Shown here in pieces: positions 51,860 to 64,000 of a stretch of DNA of 64,000 nt. The notes below the pieces were generated by a model. That model saw nothing but the letters and a program-made list of their open reading frames with translations. It searched no databases and had not been told where the DNA came from. Numbering within the stretch: the first letter of the stretch is position 1; every line of letters begins with the position of its first letter. The position numbers and the translations under genes are program-made. This stretch comes from Felis catus. Taxonomy: Eukaryota. The stretch lies in the NCBI RefSeq assembly GCF_018350175.1, contig NC_058368.1:44456001-44520000 (forward strand). The letters run 5' to 3'.

Positions 51860-52630
51860 TCTAATTTGTTCAAAGAAGATATACAAATAAGCAATACAAG
51901 CATGAAATAAACCTCAACCATTAGGGAAACGGAAATCAAAATCACAATGAGATTTCATTTCACAGCCACTAGAATAACTATTTAAAACAAAACAAAACAA
52001 ATATATATTATTAAATATATATATAGATATAGATAGATATAGATATAGATATAGATATAGATATAGATATAGATATAGATATAGATATAGATATATAGAT
52101 AGATATATATAGATATACACACACACACTCACCCACACGTATAAAATAACAATAATTGGTAAGGATGTTTAAAAGCTAGAATGTTCATAAACTGATATTA
52201 TGATTGTAAATGTTACAGCCACTTTAAAAACCTTTGAATGTTCTTCAAAATGTTAAATGTAGAGTTAGCAGAAATTTCACTATTAGTATATATCTAGGAG
52301 CATTGAAAATACTTGTCCACATAAAAACATATAAACAAATGCACACAGCAACAATATTAATAATCACAAAATTTAAAAATCCAAATGTCTATCAACTGAT
52401 AAATGGATAAATGAAATGTAGTATATTCATATAATGGAATATTATTCAGCCATAAAGAACAATGACATACTGAAACATGCTACAGCATAGATGATCCTTG
52501 TAAAGCATGCTAAATGAAAGAAGCCAGCCATAAAATGCCACATATTATATAATATCACTTATATAAATGTTCAGAATAGGCATATCAACAGAGAAAGAAA
52601 TTAGATTAGCAGTTGCCAGAGACTGGCTGG
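51860..52630 (+). mobile_element. Old L1 3' region
   Basis: attagggaaacggaaatcaaaatcacaatgaga, ccaaatgtctatcaactgataaatggataaa and atggaatattattcagccataaa. Confidence 0.85.
52015..52130. repeat. Compound (ATATAG)n/(CA)n microsatellite
   Basis: Direct inspection; lies inside the L1. Confidence 0.95.
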
Positions 52631-53130
52631 CTCAACACTGCTCAACATCACCTCAATTTACCCCCATAGACTTTAATAACTGACTTTCAGGAAGATATTG
52701 GGATGTCCCAGGCTGCTTTCTTTAGATAGCAGAGCCTAAGAAAACATTTTTGTGCAGGTTGCATTTGGGCAACACGCTGGGGAACTACCGCCCAATCCTG
52801 GTGGGAGCACATGAAACCCTCCACAGTCCCTGTAATGATCTATGTAAAATGCAACTCAAGGTATCTGTTGAAGGGATAAAAGAACATAATTGACCTGTAA
52901 ATAACCATTGACCATTGGTCAACTGAGGCTTTGAAGAAGCACCTACTCAGAAGCAAGTCATATAGGCTATAGCTGAGATTAGGCACTGTCAAGTTACATG
53001 TGTTTGAAACATTATGCAGCATTGGCTAAAGAAAAAATAAATTGAAAGGCTATATCATGCCAAGCACAAGGAACATGTAATACCGAGTTTCTACCTACAG
53101 AGTTCTTTCTTAATTTAACCCAAATATGTG

Positions 53131-53322
53131 TAGTGGTGTATTAGAGCTGTGTGTACCAACTCATGAGAGTTCAATGTGTACATCACTTGCTAACTCTGCA
53201 TTCAGCAGCATCCTTTTAGTAGCTTGATATTGACCATGATGGGAGTATTTGCACAATAGAAATGGGCAAACACTAAAATTCAGCTTTTAGAGGGACATTA
53301 ACCATTTACCAGTGTATCTCCT
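53131..53322 (+). mobile_element. MER63-like hAT-Blackjack MITE
   Basis: agtggtgt...tagcttgatattgaccatgatgggagtatttgcacaatagaaatgggcaaacact...catttaccag matches the recalled MER63A consensus. Confidence 0.75.
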
Positions 53323-53569
53323 ATCCATTATTCTTCAAAGTTTTTTCTAAATAGACACTATGTTAGGGAAATCATATATTTATCTGAGAAATAAGAAACT
53401 ACCACTGGCCTCCTTCTTTGTTCTTATTGAGACAAAAGGTAAGGAATATGAGGGGAGGAAGACAATGGCAGTATATATTAACAGCAACAAAGATGTTGAC
53501 AAATCTGACGTATGCATTTATATATCATGGATATTTAAGACATGTATGTCACTATTTAAAAGTAAATAA

Positions 53570-53800
53570 TATCTATAGAACACTTAATATATACAAAGCA
53601 CTGTACTAGATTTTTTTGTTTTACTTAAGCTATTTTTTGTTGTCCTCATGATGACCCTATGTGATAGGTAGTTTTATTATCCCCATTTTGCCAACAAAGA
53701 AACTACGAATAAGAGAGACAGAACAATTTACACAAGGCGACAGAGTTAGAAGTTATTTCACAACAATTTCAGATTCCGAATGTCAGCAATTTTCCTACTA
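53570..53800 (-). mobile_element. MIR
   Basis: accctatgtgataggtagttttattatccccattttg...aagaaact core. Confidence 0.75.
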
Positions 53801-54330
53801 TACTTCAGACTTCACTTTTATAACATATGATTATCAAGAATTAAGGTAGGGTTTTATTAAAGGAATTATTCTTGTATCTTTTGCTAAACAATCATAACGA
53901 TATTTGCCTATTTTTTTCCTTGTATGTGATGAACTTCATGGATAAGTTTAATTATCAATTTCACTGATATGTATGAATTATTTTTGGGTCTGCAAGAATA
54001 AATTTTTAGGAGAGCAAGGTGGTTACTTTCTGTTCCCTTTCCTCATGAGGAAGAACAAACATTGTTATCCATACTCTTTGCTGCTCTTACTGCCTTATCT
54101 ACATTTTATTTATTTATTTATTTTAAGCTACTGTCAAGTTCGGAACTAAGTATACCAGGATCAGAGGTCAGGGGCTAGGGTCCCTAAGACAACTTACACC
54201 CAAAGTGGGGGAAAATATGGTTTTCTTGCTATATGTTTATAACTGGGGCTGTACATAAGGCTGGCCTTCTCATTCATTGCAGTGGTATAAATTTACCTTT
54301 AGTTTGGGGAGTTAAAAATGCAGGGATTCA

Positions 54331-54550
54331 TGGCACCTGGGTGGCTCAGTCAGTTAAGCATCTGATTCTAGATTTCATCTCAGGTCATGACCTCATGGTT
54401 CATGGGTTCAAGCCCTCAAGTCAGGCTCAGTGCTGACAGCATAGAACCTGTCTGAGATATTCTCTCTCTCTCTCTTTCTCTGGCCCTCCTGGTCTAAATA
54501 AATAAATTAATTAATTAATTAATTAATTAATAAAACAAACTTTTTTTTTT
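54331..54550 (+). mobile_element. CAN-SINE with (TAAT)n/T-run tail
   Basis: Perfect TSD aaatgcagggattca at 54316-54330 and 54551-54565. Confidence 0.94.
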
Positions 54551-55990
54551 AAATGCAGGGATTCAATGAGTGAAAATAAGTCTTCCTACAGGCCAATGGG
54601 CAACTCAATCCACAGAATCCTGAAACTAGGGGATTGGGGCAGGAAGGGGAATACAGAGGGAAAAAAGATCAAAGGTTTGCCAAGCCATTTAAAAAATCAG
54701 CCTTTGTTCTCCTCTTGACAAGGAAGAAAGAAAATAACAAAGAATATATTCCATCTGAACCATTTATATATCACAGGTTGATTTGAAACCATATGAGTGC
54801 ATTTAAAAAGAAATAAACTTTGAAGCAAAGGTTTGTGAGAAGAGCCTGAAGATCTTCAAGTGGCAGAGGTGATACCATAAACACGTCTGTTGCTGCATTA
54901 TTGATGAAAATATTTCCATGCCAGTAAGGTTCATCTCAGAAAAGGCAAATATAGGCAGATTCTGTGACAGTCATAAGTAGAAAAGTTTGTTTTTTGTCTT
55001 GTTTTAGGTTTTCTTGCTAACTCTGTTTTAATTTTTCTCATTCAGGTATGCAAAATGAGACTTTAAAATAAAAATTAAAAATTAAAAAAAAGCAATGAGT
55101 ACTCACACATGACTTTAGGGATATGTAAAGATTAAGACATTGATCTATAGCAGCATGGGGTGAGGACTGCTACACAGTTTTCCTCTATAACTTTGAACGA
55201 CATTCAAGGCCCAGGAAAGCATTGTCTTAAGTTAAATCCCTGTGGCACTCCTAGAAGTTCTTGTAGTTACCTCCCATCTGGTTTCCAAACCAGCTCTGAC
55301 ATCCACCCAGATTACAATTGTAGATTTCAGGAAACCACAGTCTGTGGATAAATCAACATCACAGTGGGATGGATTTGTTCAGTGAACAGAAAATGCACAT
55401 GAAGATTTGATACCATGAGATATCATGCTACTAAGATGAGATCGAGAAAAAAAATCATTGTAATTATTATAAACTGATGGGTTAAGTGATAATTTAAAAC
55501 TACTGTTCTCATAACACTTTGTCAGTTGGATTTAAGAGTATACAGAGACATAGTGAAGAATGAAATGAGTTTAATAACCAGTTTGTTTGTTTTTTAGTCA
55601 GAATTGGAACTGTGTTGAAAATGAAAAAGAAAAGCAAAGGAAAGCATGTTGATTTAGCAAAAGAAGAGATTTGCTTAAAAAAATGTGAAGGTCTTAAACA
55701 AATCTATAAATTAGGGAAAAATAAAGATAATATGCCATACTTAACTACTTTTGAAATTAAAACTAGGAAAGTTGAAGCTACACTTGCTTTCTGGATGAGG
55801 ATTCAAAGAGATATCATATATAAGAAAGAGTCAATGTGTTAGAAACAATAAGAAAAAAGGTGAAGACTTCCATAAGAAGGTTGGGAGGCATGAAAGTATA
55901 GAGTTGTATCCTCTAACTGTTCATTACTAATTAGAACAATTGCACTAGTTTATTAGGTAAGATGTGGACACATTTCAGAAAGAGACCATC

Positions 55991-56200
55991 GGGGCACCTG
56001 GCTGGCTTAGTCAGTTAAGTGTCCAACTCTTGATTTTGGCTCAGGTCATGATCTCACAATTTACTGAGTTTGAGCCCCACGTCAGGCTTTGCGCTGACAG
56101 CATGAAGCCTGCTTGAGATTCTCCCTCTCTCTCTGCTCCTCCCCTACTTGCACTCTCTCTCAAAAACATAAATAAATAATATATTTAAATTTTTTAAAAA
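55991..56200 (+). mobile_element. CAN-SINE
   Basis: ggggcacctggctggcttag head, core, CT tract and A tail. Confidence 0.94.
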
Positions 56201-56752
56201 GATAAAAAAGAAGATTTGAGAATATCAGCATGAAATTCAAGCATTTGTTGAGTTTCTCGATTAAAATAACAGAATCCTAAGTGAAGTAAAATAAAAATAG
56301 AATACTAAGTAGGAAAGCAGGTAATTCTTATACCGTAAGAGACTCTAAATGGGACTTGATGGATGATGAGATGCTAAAGTTAAGCAAAATATAAAAATAA
56401 ATTAAATCCAGCTTTTTGGAATTCTGAACAAGTAGTTGGTAATCTTTTCAGTGGAATTACCCTATTTGGGGAAGAAAGAAATTTTTTGAAATAAGTGGAT
56501 GCTTTTGTAGTCAAAATACATATAATACAGAATCATGAAATATATTAGCAAAACAAATATCTGGATTCAAAGCGAATTGAAAAAGAAGGAAAAGATAATC
56601 CTTCAATAGCAAATAGTGTTTTTCCTTCATCAGGTAGAGAAGGATGAAACTAAGGTTGAAAGCAAGTTATTAAAATTTTTTCCAGGTCTTGCTTGAAAGG
56701 TATAGGAAACTAACAGAAAGTAAATGAAACACACAAAGCATTCACTTGTAGA

Positions 56753-56814
56753 TGTAAATGTGTCCTGCAGCTACTATAACAAAGCACTACAAACTCAGTG
56801 GCTTACACAACACA

Positions 56815-56854
<40 letters not shown>

Positions 56855-57207
56855 AGTTTTGGTGACAATTAAAAGTCTGAAATGAAGGTGTCAGTAGGAT
56901 TGGTTTCTCCTAGGGCTGTGATGGAGAATCTGCTCCATGACTCTCCTATCTTCTGGTAGCCACAAGCATCCTTATGAATGCCATTCTCCCTCTGTCTGCA
57001 TATAGTCTTCCCTCCACTCATGTCCATCTCTGTGTCCAAATTTCCCTTTGGTATAAGGACATCAGTCACACTGTATTAGAGTTCAACCTAATGATCTCAT
57101 CTTAACTTGATATTTGCAAAGAACCTATTTCCAAATAAAGTTGCATTCATAGGTACTGGATGTTAGGGTGGGCAATTTTTGAGAAAACACAAATCAATCT
57201 GTAATGC
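56753..57207 (-). mobile_element. MaLR solo LTR (MLT1B/C-like) with internal (TG)n
   Basis: tataacaaagcactacaaactcagtggctta, tataaggacatcagtca and cctatttccaaataaag. (TG)n at 56817-56850. Confidence 0.9.
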
Positions 57208-57282
57208 CAGGAAAGAAGGTAATAGACAGGAATGTTTCTGATGTTTTTGAAACAGCTCAAATTACTCAAGTCTTGTCAACTT

Positions 57283-57494
57283 ATTTTTTTACGTGTATTT
57301 ATTTTTGAGAAACAGAGACAGAGTGAAAATGGGGGAAAGGCAGACAGAGAAGGAGACACAGAATCCGAAGCAGACTCCAGGCTCTGAGCAAGCTGTCAGC
57401 ACAGAGCCCGATGCAAGGCTCAAACCCACGAACCACGAGACCATGACCTGAGCCAAAGTAGGACATTCAACCAACTGAGCCACACAGGCGCCCC
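57283..57494 (-). mobile_element. CAN-SINE
   Basis: Flanking gtcttgtcaa(c/t)tta duplication at 57270 and 57500. Confidence 0.94.
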
Positions 57495-59176
57495 ATTATG
57501 TCTTGTCAATTTAAAAAGAAAATACTGAGGAAAAGAAAGATTTTGCTGTACATATTACAGTACAGCCTATAGAGGTTCTCATTAGAACTTTACTTCTTCA
57601 AGCTTCTGAAGCCAAGCAAACAGTTTTAATTAAGAACAGTGTTGAGGGCGATTCTGAAATACAGAAACGAAACGATTAGGAAGAAAATATCTTAGGAAGC
57701 AGAATTATGGACTGAGAATTATCTTTTTGGAATCTGCAGCACACTTGTTAACACTGAGACAAAACAAGAGTGCTATGGAATGTTTCCAGAGAAGGAAATA
57801 CAGAAAACCCTAGATATGAGAGGTCATTGGGACTTAAAGGAGTACTACGGTTTTATGTTTCATAGTGGGGCATCTTGGTAGTAGAATTAAATACAGTCTG
57901 TTTCCCTACAAAATCCTCACACATATTTCAACTGTGCAGTGCCTTGAATTCACGGACTATCTCAAAGTACAGGTTTGTAAATACATGAGGTGAGAACCAA
58001 GAGAATGCAGGAGCCTCAGGGGAGCACAGCAGACAAGCATAGTGTCCCTTTATAAGTTCACATTTGGGCAAAAACAACCACTTCAAATGCTAAGAGAGAA
58101 TCGAGTTATGGATGGATGCACAACTTTTTAAACAAGATGTCATAATTGACATTTTGATGGGTGATTTTCCCAAGTATAGTATAAATTCTAAACAGTGGGC
58201 TGGCATCTTGTAAAAGCTGAAGCCTAAATAATTGTTTTCTTCTTTCTTATGCTTTTTGTCTATACCCACTTTTGAATAACACTGTGTCATCGCTTTTTCT
58301 TTGAAATATATTATAGTGGTTGCACTGAGGTTAACTTTGGAAGAATGGTGTTGTCGTCTTAGAATTTTTGGAGTGTGAGAGATGTGAAGAACTTGAAGTT
58401 GGTTTAATTCAAATTTTGAGGTGTTATTCTTAGAAAGACAAAAGCTGAAGAAAGTACCCAGAAATCTCACAAGCACTGAAATGAGACCTCTGTGACTGCC
58501 TTATGAAGTGAAGCAAAACAAAACAAAACAAAAAAATAAGGAAAAACTTTTTGAAGTCTTAATTGCATTAAAAAGAAAGTTTGAGTTAGGAAATATTGGG
58601 AATCAACTAAAATGGGAATTTAACTTTGACATTTTCTACTCAGACATTTTCTACTCAGTTATATGTTCAAAGCATTTTAATTGTTTTGTTATATTCACTG
58701 GAAAATTTCAAATGATCTATATTGAGAAAGTTATCTTCTTAGAATATGCCATGGGAAATAGAATTGACTAATCCTTGGCAAAAAGTTAAGGTACTGTCCA
58801 ATTTGGATTTCAGATTCTTATGGGAAACAGGTGAAATATTTGCTACCATATATTTGGATAATAAACCTACAGTGCTGAGGAAAAAAGTTGAGTATTACTA
58901 CAAAGGTATTTTTTTTAATTTTTTTAATACAGACACTATCTTTTTAGTATACTTACATAATACAATATGTGCACACACAGCAGTCTACAAACCTATTCTA
59001 ACCTAAAGACATTTTGGTATCTTTTATTTAGTCTTGTAACTATCTGATTTCATCTATTTTGACAAATTATAAACAATAATCTATTATAATACTTTATTAG
59101 AGAAATTTATATAGGTCTAGGGAAATACCTTACCACTTATGCCAAAGTTAAAGAAAGTTCAAGTTTGCATACTGAG

Positions 59177-59396
59177 TTTTTTTTTTAACTTTTTTAAAGT
59201 TTATTTATTCTTGAGAGAGACAGAGTGTGAGTGGGGGAGGGCAGAGAAAGGAAGAGAGAAAGAATACCAAGCTGGCCCCATGCTGCCACCACAGAGCCCC
59301 ATGTGGGGCTTGAACCCACAAAACCATAATATCATGACCTGAGCCAAAACCAAGAGTTGGACAAGAGTTAACCGACTTGAGCCACCCAAGCACCCC
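59177..59396 (-). mobile_element. CAN-SINE
   Basis: Full body with degenerate TSD gcatactgagtttt / gcatatttagtttt. Confidence 0.93.
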
Positions 59397-59463
59397 AGCA
59401 TATTTAGTTTTAATTAGACTATTTGCTTTGACTGTTTTCACCCCAAAATCATAAAATATTTCA

Positions 59464-59830
59464 TGTATTAGTCAACTATTGCCATATAACAAATGACCCC
59501 AGAAATTATTGGTCTACAATTAGAAGTTTTGGGTTTTTTTTTCTGAAAAGTTTATAAGTTAGCTGTGATAATTCTGCTTCAGGCTACAGATCAGCTGTTT
59601 TTGACTTCAATTTTCAGATCAGATCCGTGTCATTTCTGCATGCCTCCATATTCTCTGGCTCTGGCTGCTACCCAGGTATATTTTCTTTATGGCAAATCTC
59701 ATGAGAACCAGAGCACAATATAAACCAAATAAGCATATGTCAAGACATTGCCCTCCCCCACCAGCTAAAGTAATTTATAAGACCAAGCCTAAAGTCAGTG
59801 GGACAGAGATGTATGTCACCTATTGCAACA
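59464..59830 (-). mobile_element. Old MaLR LTR (MLT1H-like)
   Basis: tgtattagtcaactattgcc...taacaaa and ccaagcctaaagtcagtggg. Confidence 0.6.
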
Positions 59831-60179
59831 TTATAAAACTCTGTAAAACAAAGTTTTATTTGTGACTAACATCATTTTGTTTATTATTTTCAAAATTATA
59901 ATTTTCTCACCTTAATTCCAGGTTTATCTCCACAGGTTATTTTTTATTTTCAATTACATATATAATAACCAATTTGTTTTACAATCTTTAAAATTTTACT
60001 ACCCAGAAATTGTTTCTCACTGCTTTAATTTGTGCTTTTATAGGTACCACTATTTTATGGTTCACATAGACCCACATCCCATGTTTTTGAGTTTCTATCT
60101 TCTGTAATCAAATGCTCTGACTCAAGTCCCCCCCCCCCCCAAGTATTTCTCATTTGTACCTTTTGGTCATCTTGCTTCT

Positions 60180-60372
60180 GTTTTTTTTTTAATGTTTATT
60201 TATTTTTGAGAGAGTATGTGTGGAGTGGAAGAGACAGAGGGATACAGAGGATCTATCTGTGGGCTCTGTGCTGATAGCAGACAGCCCAACATGGGGCTCG
60301 AACTCACCAGCCATGAGATCGTGACCCGAGCTGAAGTCAGACGCTTAATCTACTGAGCCATCCAGGAGCCCC
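60180..60372 (-). mobile_element. CAN-SINE
   Basis: TSD tcatcttgcttct / tcatcctgcttct. Confidence 0.92.
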
Positions 60373-60769
60373 TCATCCTGCTTCTTTTAATTTGAATATC
60401 CTTCCCATCATTCCAGAATCCTTGCTTATATGAATTCTATTCACCCATTAAAATCTACCTCATCAAACCTTCTAACAAGAAAAGGTGTCTTCCTCTTTGG
60501 TGGTGAACTCCCACTACACGTTTTTCATTTTTTTTTTTTTTTTTTACACTTTACTGATTACATTTTGCTTCAAAGCAATAATACAGGAAAGTTAATTGAG
60601 TCTGGGAGTTATGCCATTAATGACCAAAAAATCATAATGAATAAGAATTATTAACAATTGTTAACAAGAATTCATAACAATTATTCATTGTTATATTATA
60701 ACAAGCCTTACCAATTAAAATAGTATTCACCACATTTTTATTATAAGATATGCAATATTAAATAACTCA

Positions 60770-61415
60770 GACTATAATCAAGAGACAGATATTTGCATTA
60801 GTTGGTTTAACAGCAAGAATTTACTACAAAGGATTCTAGATACTGAAAAACTGAAAAGGCAAAAGGGATCACTGAGATATAACAAAAGTAGCAAATTCCA
60901 GAAGCAGATACTGCTCCTAGGGTTGGAAAATAGAGGGAAGAATTTTTGATGATTATTAAAATTTAGAGGCCTATACAAAGGATACAGTGGAGCTTCAACT
61001 CATACTTTGAAGAAAGTAGTGTTGCTGAACTGTACCAGTGCCTCTGAGCTGAGAAGATGGCACCATGGGGTTAGACCAAACATCGGAAAATGGGACACTA
61101 GCCATCTGGTGCTGATTTCTCTCAGAGGGCACAACAAGACTAGTTCTGTGACAGGTGGTAAACTGCTCAGTGTAACAAACTACTGGTTTAGGGATGAAAA
61201 GGCAGGACAGGTGACATTCACAGGAACAGGAAGCACAAACAGAAAATTCCAACGGAAAGTAACCTATCAATCTCTCCTCCAGCCTTGCAGACTTCCTTCC
61301 CGAACACCTTACTGGAAGAGACTAACATGGAACAAAGTGACAAAGCAGAAATATAGGTTTTCCAGCTATAGGTCCTGTGCCACAAAGCCAACCTTAGAAG
61401 GGAAGATTTTGGAAT
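60770..61415 (-). mobile_element. Ancient LTR (LTR78-like)
   Basis: aactgaaaaggcaaaagggatcactgag...cctagggttgg and actaacatgg...caaagcagaaat...cacaaagc...agaaggg match recalled LTR78-type motifs. Confidence 0.55.
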
Positions 61416-61481
61416 CATCATTTTTTCCATCTATAGACATATTCAAATATGAAGAAAAGGGCTTAAAATTTTTTTTACCTT

Positions 61482-61703
61482 GGGGTGCCTGGGTGGCTCA
61501 GTCGGTTTAGTGTCCGACTTTGGCTCAGGTCATGATCTCATGGTTTGTGTGTTCAAGCCCCACATTGGGATCTGTGCTGACAGCTCAAAGCCTGGAGCCT
61601 GCTTCGGATTCTGTGTCTCCCTCTCTCTCTGCCTCTCCCCTGCTTGCATTCTGTATCTCTCTCTCTCTCAAAAAAAATAAATACTTTAAAAAGACTTAAA
61701 AAA
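61482..61703 (+). mobile_element. CAN-SINE
   Basis: Full body with degenerate TSD taaaatttttttta / taaaatttgtttta. Confidence 0.95.
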
Positions 61704-62593
61704 TAAAATTTGTTTTATCTGATTTTACATTTTCTAGAAAATATGTAGTCTTCATCACTGTAGATCTTTGAAAACTAAACTATCAACATTTATTAATATT
61801 AATGTGATTAACAGTAATCATTTACTAACACTGTGCTTAAACAGTATAATAATTTACTTATATTTAGGGATAAAGAATATCATTCTATCAAGAAGTTGCT
61901 GAATCTGTTAAGATATGAGCTCTCCATATCTCTTAGCCTTCTATAATTTATTGTTTTTTGTTAGTTTTCTAACAAGATATAAAGAACAAATAACATTTTC
62001 TTTTGTCTAGCTTACCTTCTTGTAAGAACACAGAATATAATACACAAAACATGCAAAATATGTGTTAATTGACTGTTTTATGTTATTTGTAAGGCTTCTG
62101 GTCAACAGTAGGCCATTATTAGTTATGTTTTTGGGAAGTTGATAGTTATACAATGTCGCTAATTCCCACATTGTTCTAGAGTCAAATCTACATTATAAAT
62201 ATCGAAGCACAAATTTGAAAAATGAAGCAAACAGCAGGGTGATATTGAGAAATGTGTTCATAAATGTAGAAACTCATGGTCAGGTTAGAGATATAGAAGA
62301 GATAGAAATAGTATTCTATATTCTTCAAGGTTTTGCTGTTTATTTTATAAGTTTCAAAATGGGAGATACAATTCTTTTAAAATTATTTTAATTCACCATC
62401 TCTTATACAGTGTGCACAAACTTATCTTAGATTCCAAAGAAAAGTTCATTCAATTGTTTATCATATATAATTTACTAATTATGGGAAAAATAGTTTATTT
62501 TGAAATAAATGAAGAATGCCATGAGTTACTGGTTGTACTATTCTTTTCCCACCAAAATTAGATCACTTTAGGCTCAAAAAAAATTGAAGATAT

Positions 62594-62861
62594 GTTTTAT
62601 CTCTTAAAGTCCTCATATGAGTGACAAACAGATGAACATAAGGTAAGGGAAACAAAAATAATATAAAAACAGGGAGGCAGACAAAACAGAAGAGACTCAT
62701 AAATATGGAGAACAAACTGAGGGTTACTGGAGGGATTGTGGGAGGGGGGATGGGCTAAATGGGTAAGGGGCACTAAGGAATCTACTCCTGAAATCATTGT
62801 TGCACTATATGCTAATTTGGATGTAAATAAAAAAATATAAACAATAAAACAAGTTAATAAT
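62594..62861 (+). mobile_element. Feline L1 (L1_Fc-like) 3' end with a 5' inversion
   Basis: Feline L1 3' UTR (gggtaaggggcactaaggaatctactcctgaaatc). Perfect 17-bp TSD aaaaaaattgaagatat at 62577-62593 and 62862-62878. Confidence 0.95.
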
Positions 62862-64000
62862 AAAAAAATTGAAGATATACGTATAGGTTTTTTGAGCTCA
62901 TAATTATTAATTTAAGAAGACTGAGAGTCCTATTTATCAGCATTCAGTTATATAGACAATATGTACCTACTTATCAATGTGAAACACTTAATGCTATGGT
63001 ACCCACCTTGGTACATTACATTTCAAGTACTTACTTAACTGGCAGAAATTATAACATTTAAAAGTGATGGAATGAGTACAAAATATATAAAGGACAATGA
63101 ATGACAAAATTTTGGACCAAGTCAATATATAAAAAAAATTATAAGATATATTAATTATTAATGTTTTCAAGAAAAGTTATAAGACAAACCTGCTGACATC
63201 CTAAGACTTTTAGAGTTAAAAGATTTTTTTTATAATTTCCTACTTACACACTACACCAAATCTTCAATATTGGTTGAACTAATTAATGGTTCAAATTATG
63301 GATGAGTTGCTGTAATAACCTCAATCCTTCAGAGCTGAGAAATAGTATGTTTTAAAACTAGAATATTTATAAATCTAAAAGTCTTGAATTCACTATAACC
63401 CTATAGGCAAATTCTAAAAGTACAGCAAAAATTCATAAGAACATGTACAATTCCAGAAGAAGCTAACTGACTCTGCATTCATTTGAAGGTCAGTTCTCTC
63501 TTACTGATTAAGTCTTATTGCTGATTCTGGCCCCATGAAAACATTCTTTCACACAAGTAAATATTTACAATATGTTTGGATAAATATTTCAATTCTAACC
63601 TACTAACCAAAATTATTTAGTTCAAATAATAACCCTTTCAACTCTTTCATACTCTTCCTTCAACTGTGAAAAATTCAATAAAAAACATGAATCAGTTTTA
63701 AATTAATTTATAAAATTATTGATTTTCTAAATAGTTTTGATGGTTATTTTCTTCATGAAACATCACAAGGGATTAAGTATAGTGTGCACAATGAGTAAGA
63801 GAAGAAAGTATTTACAAACTTGGAAACCTTGGGAATGGAAGAAAGGGATTGAGACCATAGCCAGTTAAAGGATTTAGTATTTTCTTACCACAAATTAGAA
63901 TGTATGGTTAGGCACTTGTAGCTTTCCTCTCAATATATTCTGCCATTTGTCTTTAGTAAAAGAACTCATATGTTAAACTTAGCACTCTAAAACCTGGCTA

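Noticed and set aside
58090..58476. 128-aa minus-strand ORF
   Set aside because: Non-ATG start, no recognisable homology and no exon structure.
58628..58658. Short tandem duplications (gacattttctactca x2; also near 3036, 7154, 35770, 42267 and 49549)
   Set aside because: Ordinary slippage duplications with no repeat-spacer array structure.
61007..61510. 167-aa ORF
   Set aside because: Non-ATG start, lies in a degraded LTR and runs into a SINE; no recognisable domain.
1..64000. tRNA genes, CRISPR arrays or prokaryotic systems
   Set aside because: tRNA-like A/B boxes occur only as SINE heads; the sequence is mammalian and has no regularly spaced repeats with unique spacers.

Overview
AT-rich, repeat-dense mammalian genomic DNA, almost certainly from a felid: about 31 feline-type CAN-SINEs and carnivore or feline L1 3' ends. 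I can support only one protein-coding gene. It is an intact 252-aa ORF with no introns in the coding region (30211-30969, +). It has a 41-aa basic leader followed by 30 in-register heptads (consensus LxEENKA) and resembles CCDC70/Chibby-type coiled-coil proteins, probably as a CCDC70-like paralog. Around it are a plausible CRE-containing promoter, a 5'-UTR intron and clustered polyA signals. The rest is interspersed repeats (CAN-SINE, L1, L2, MIR, MaLR/ERVL/ERV1 LTRs, MER63, two Tigger-like DNA transposon copies) and microsatellites. The notable repeat architectures are a Tigger-like MITE nested in a carnivore L1, a twin-primed L1, a SINE nested in a SINE, a triplicated target site and a templated-insertion scar. 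Repeat family names come from recalled consensus motifs, not a database search. Boundaries of old repeats are approximate.
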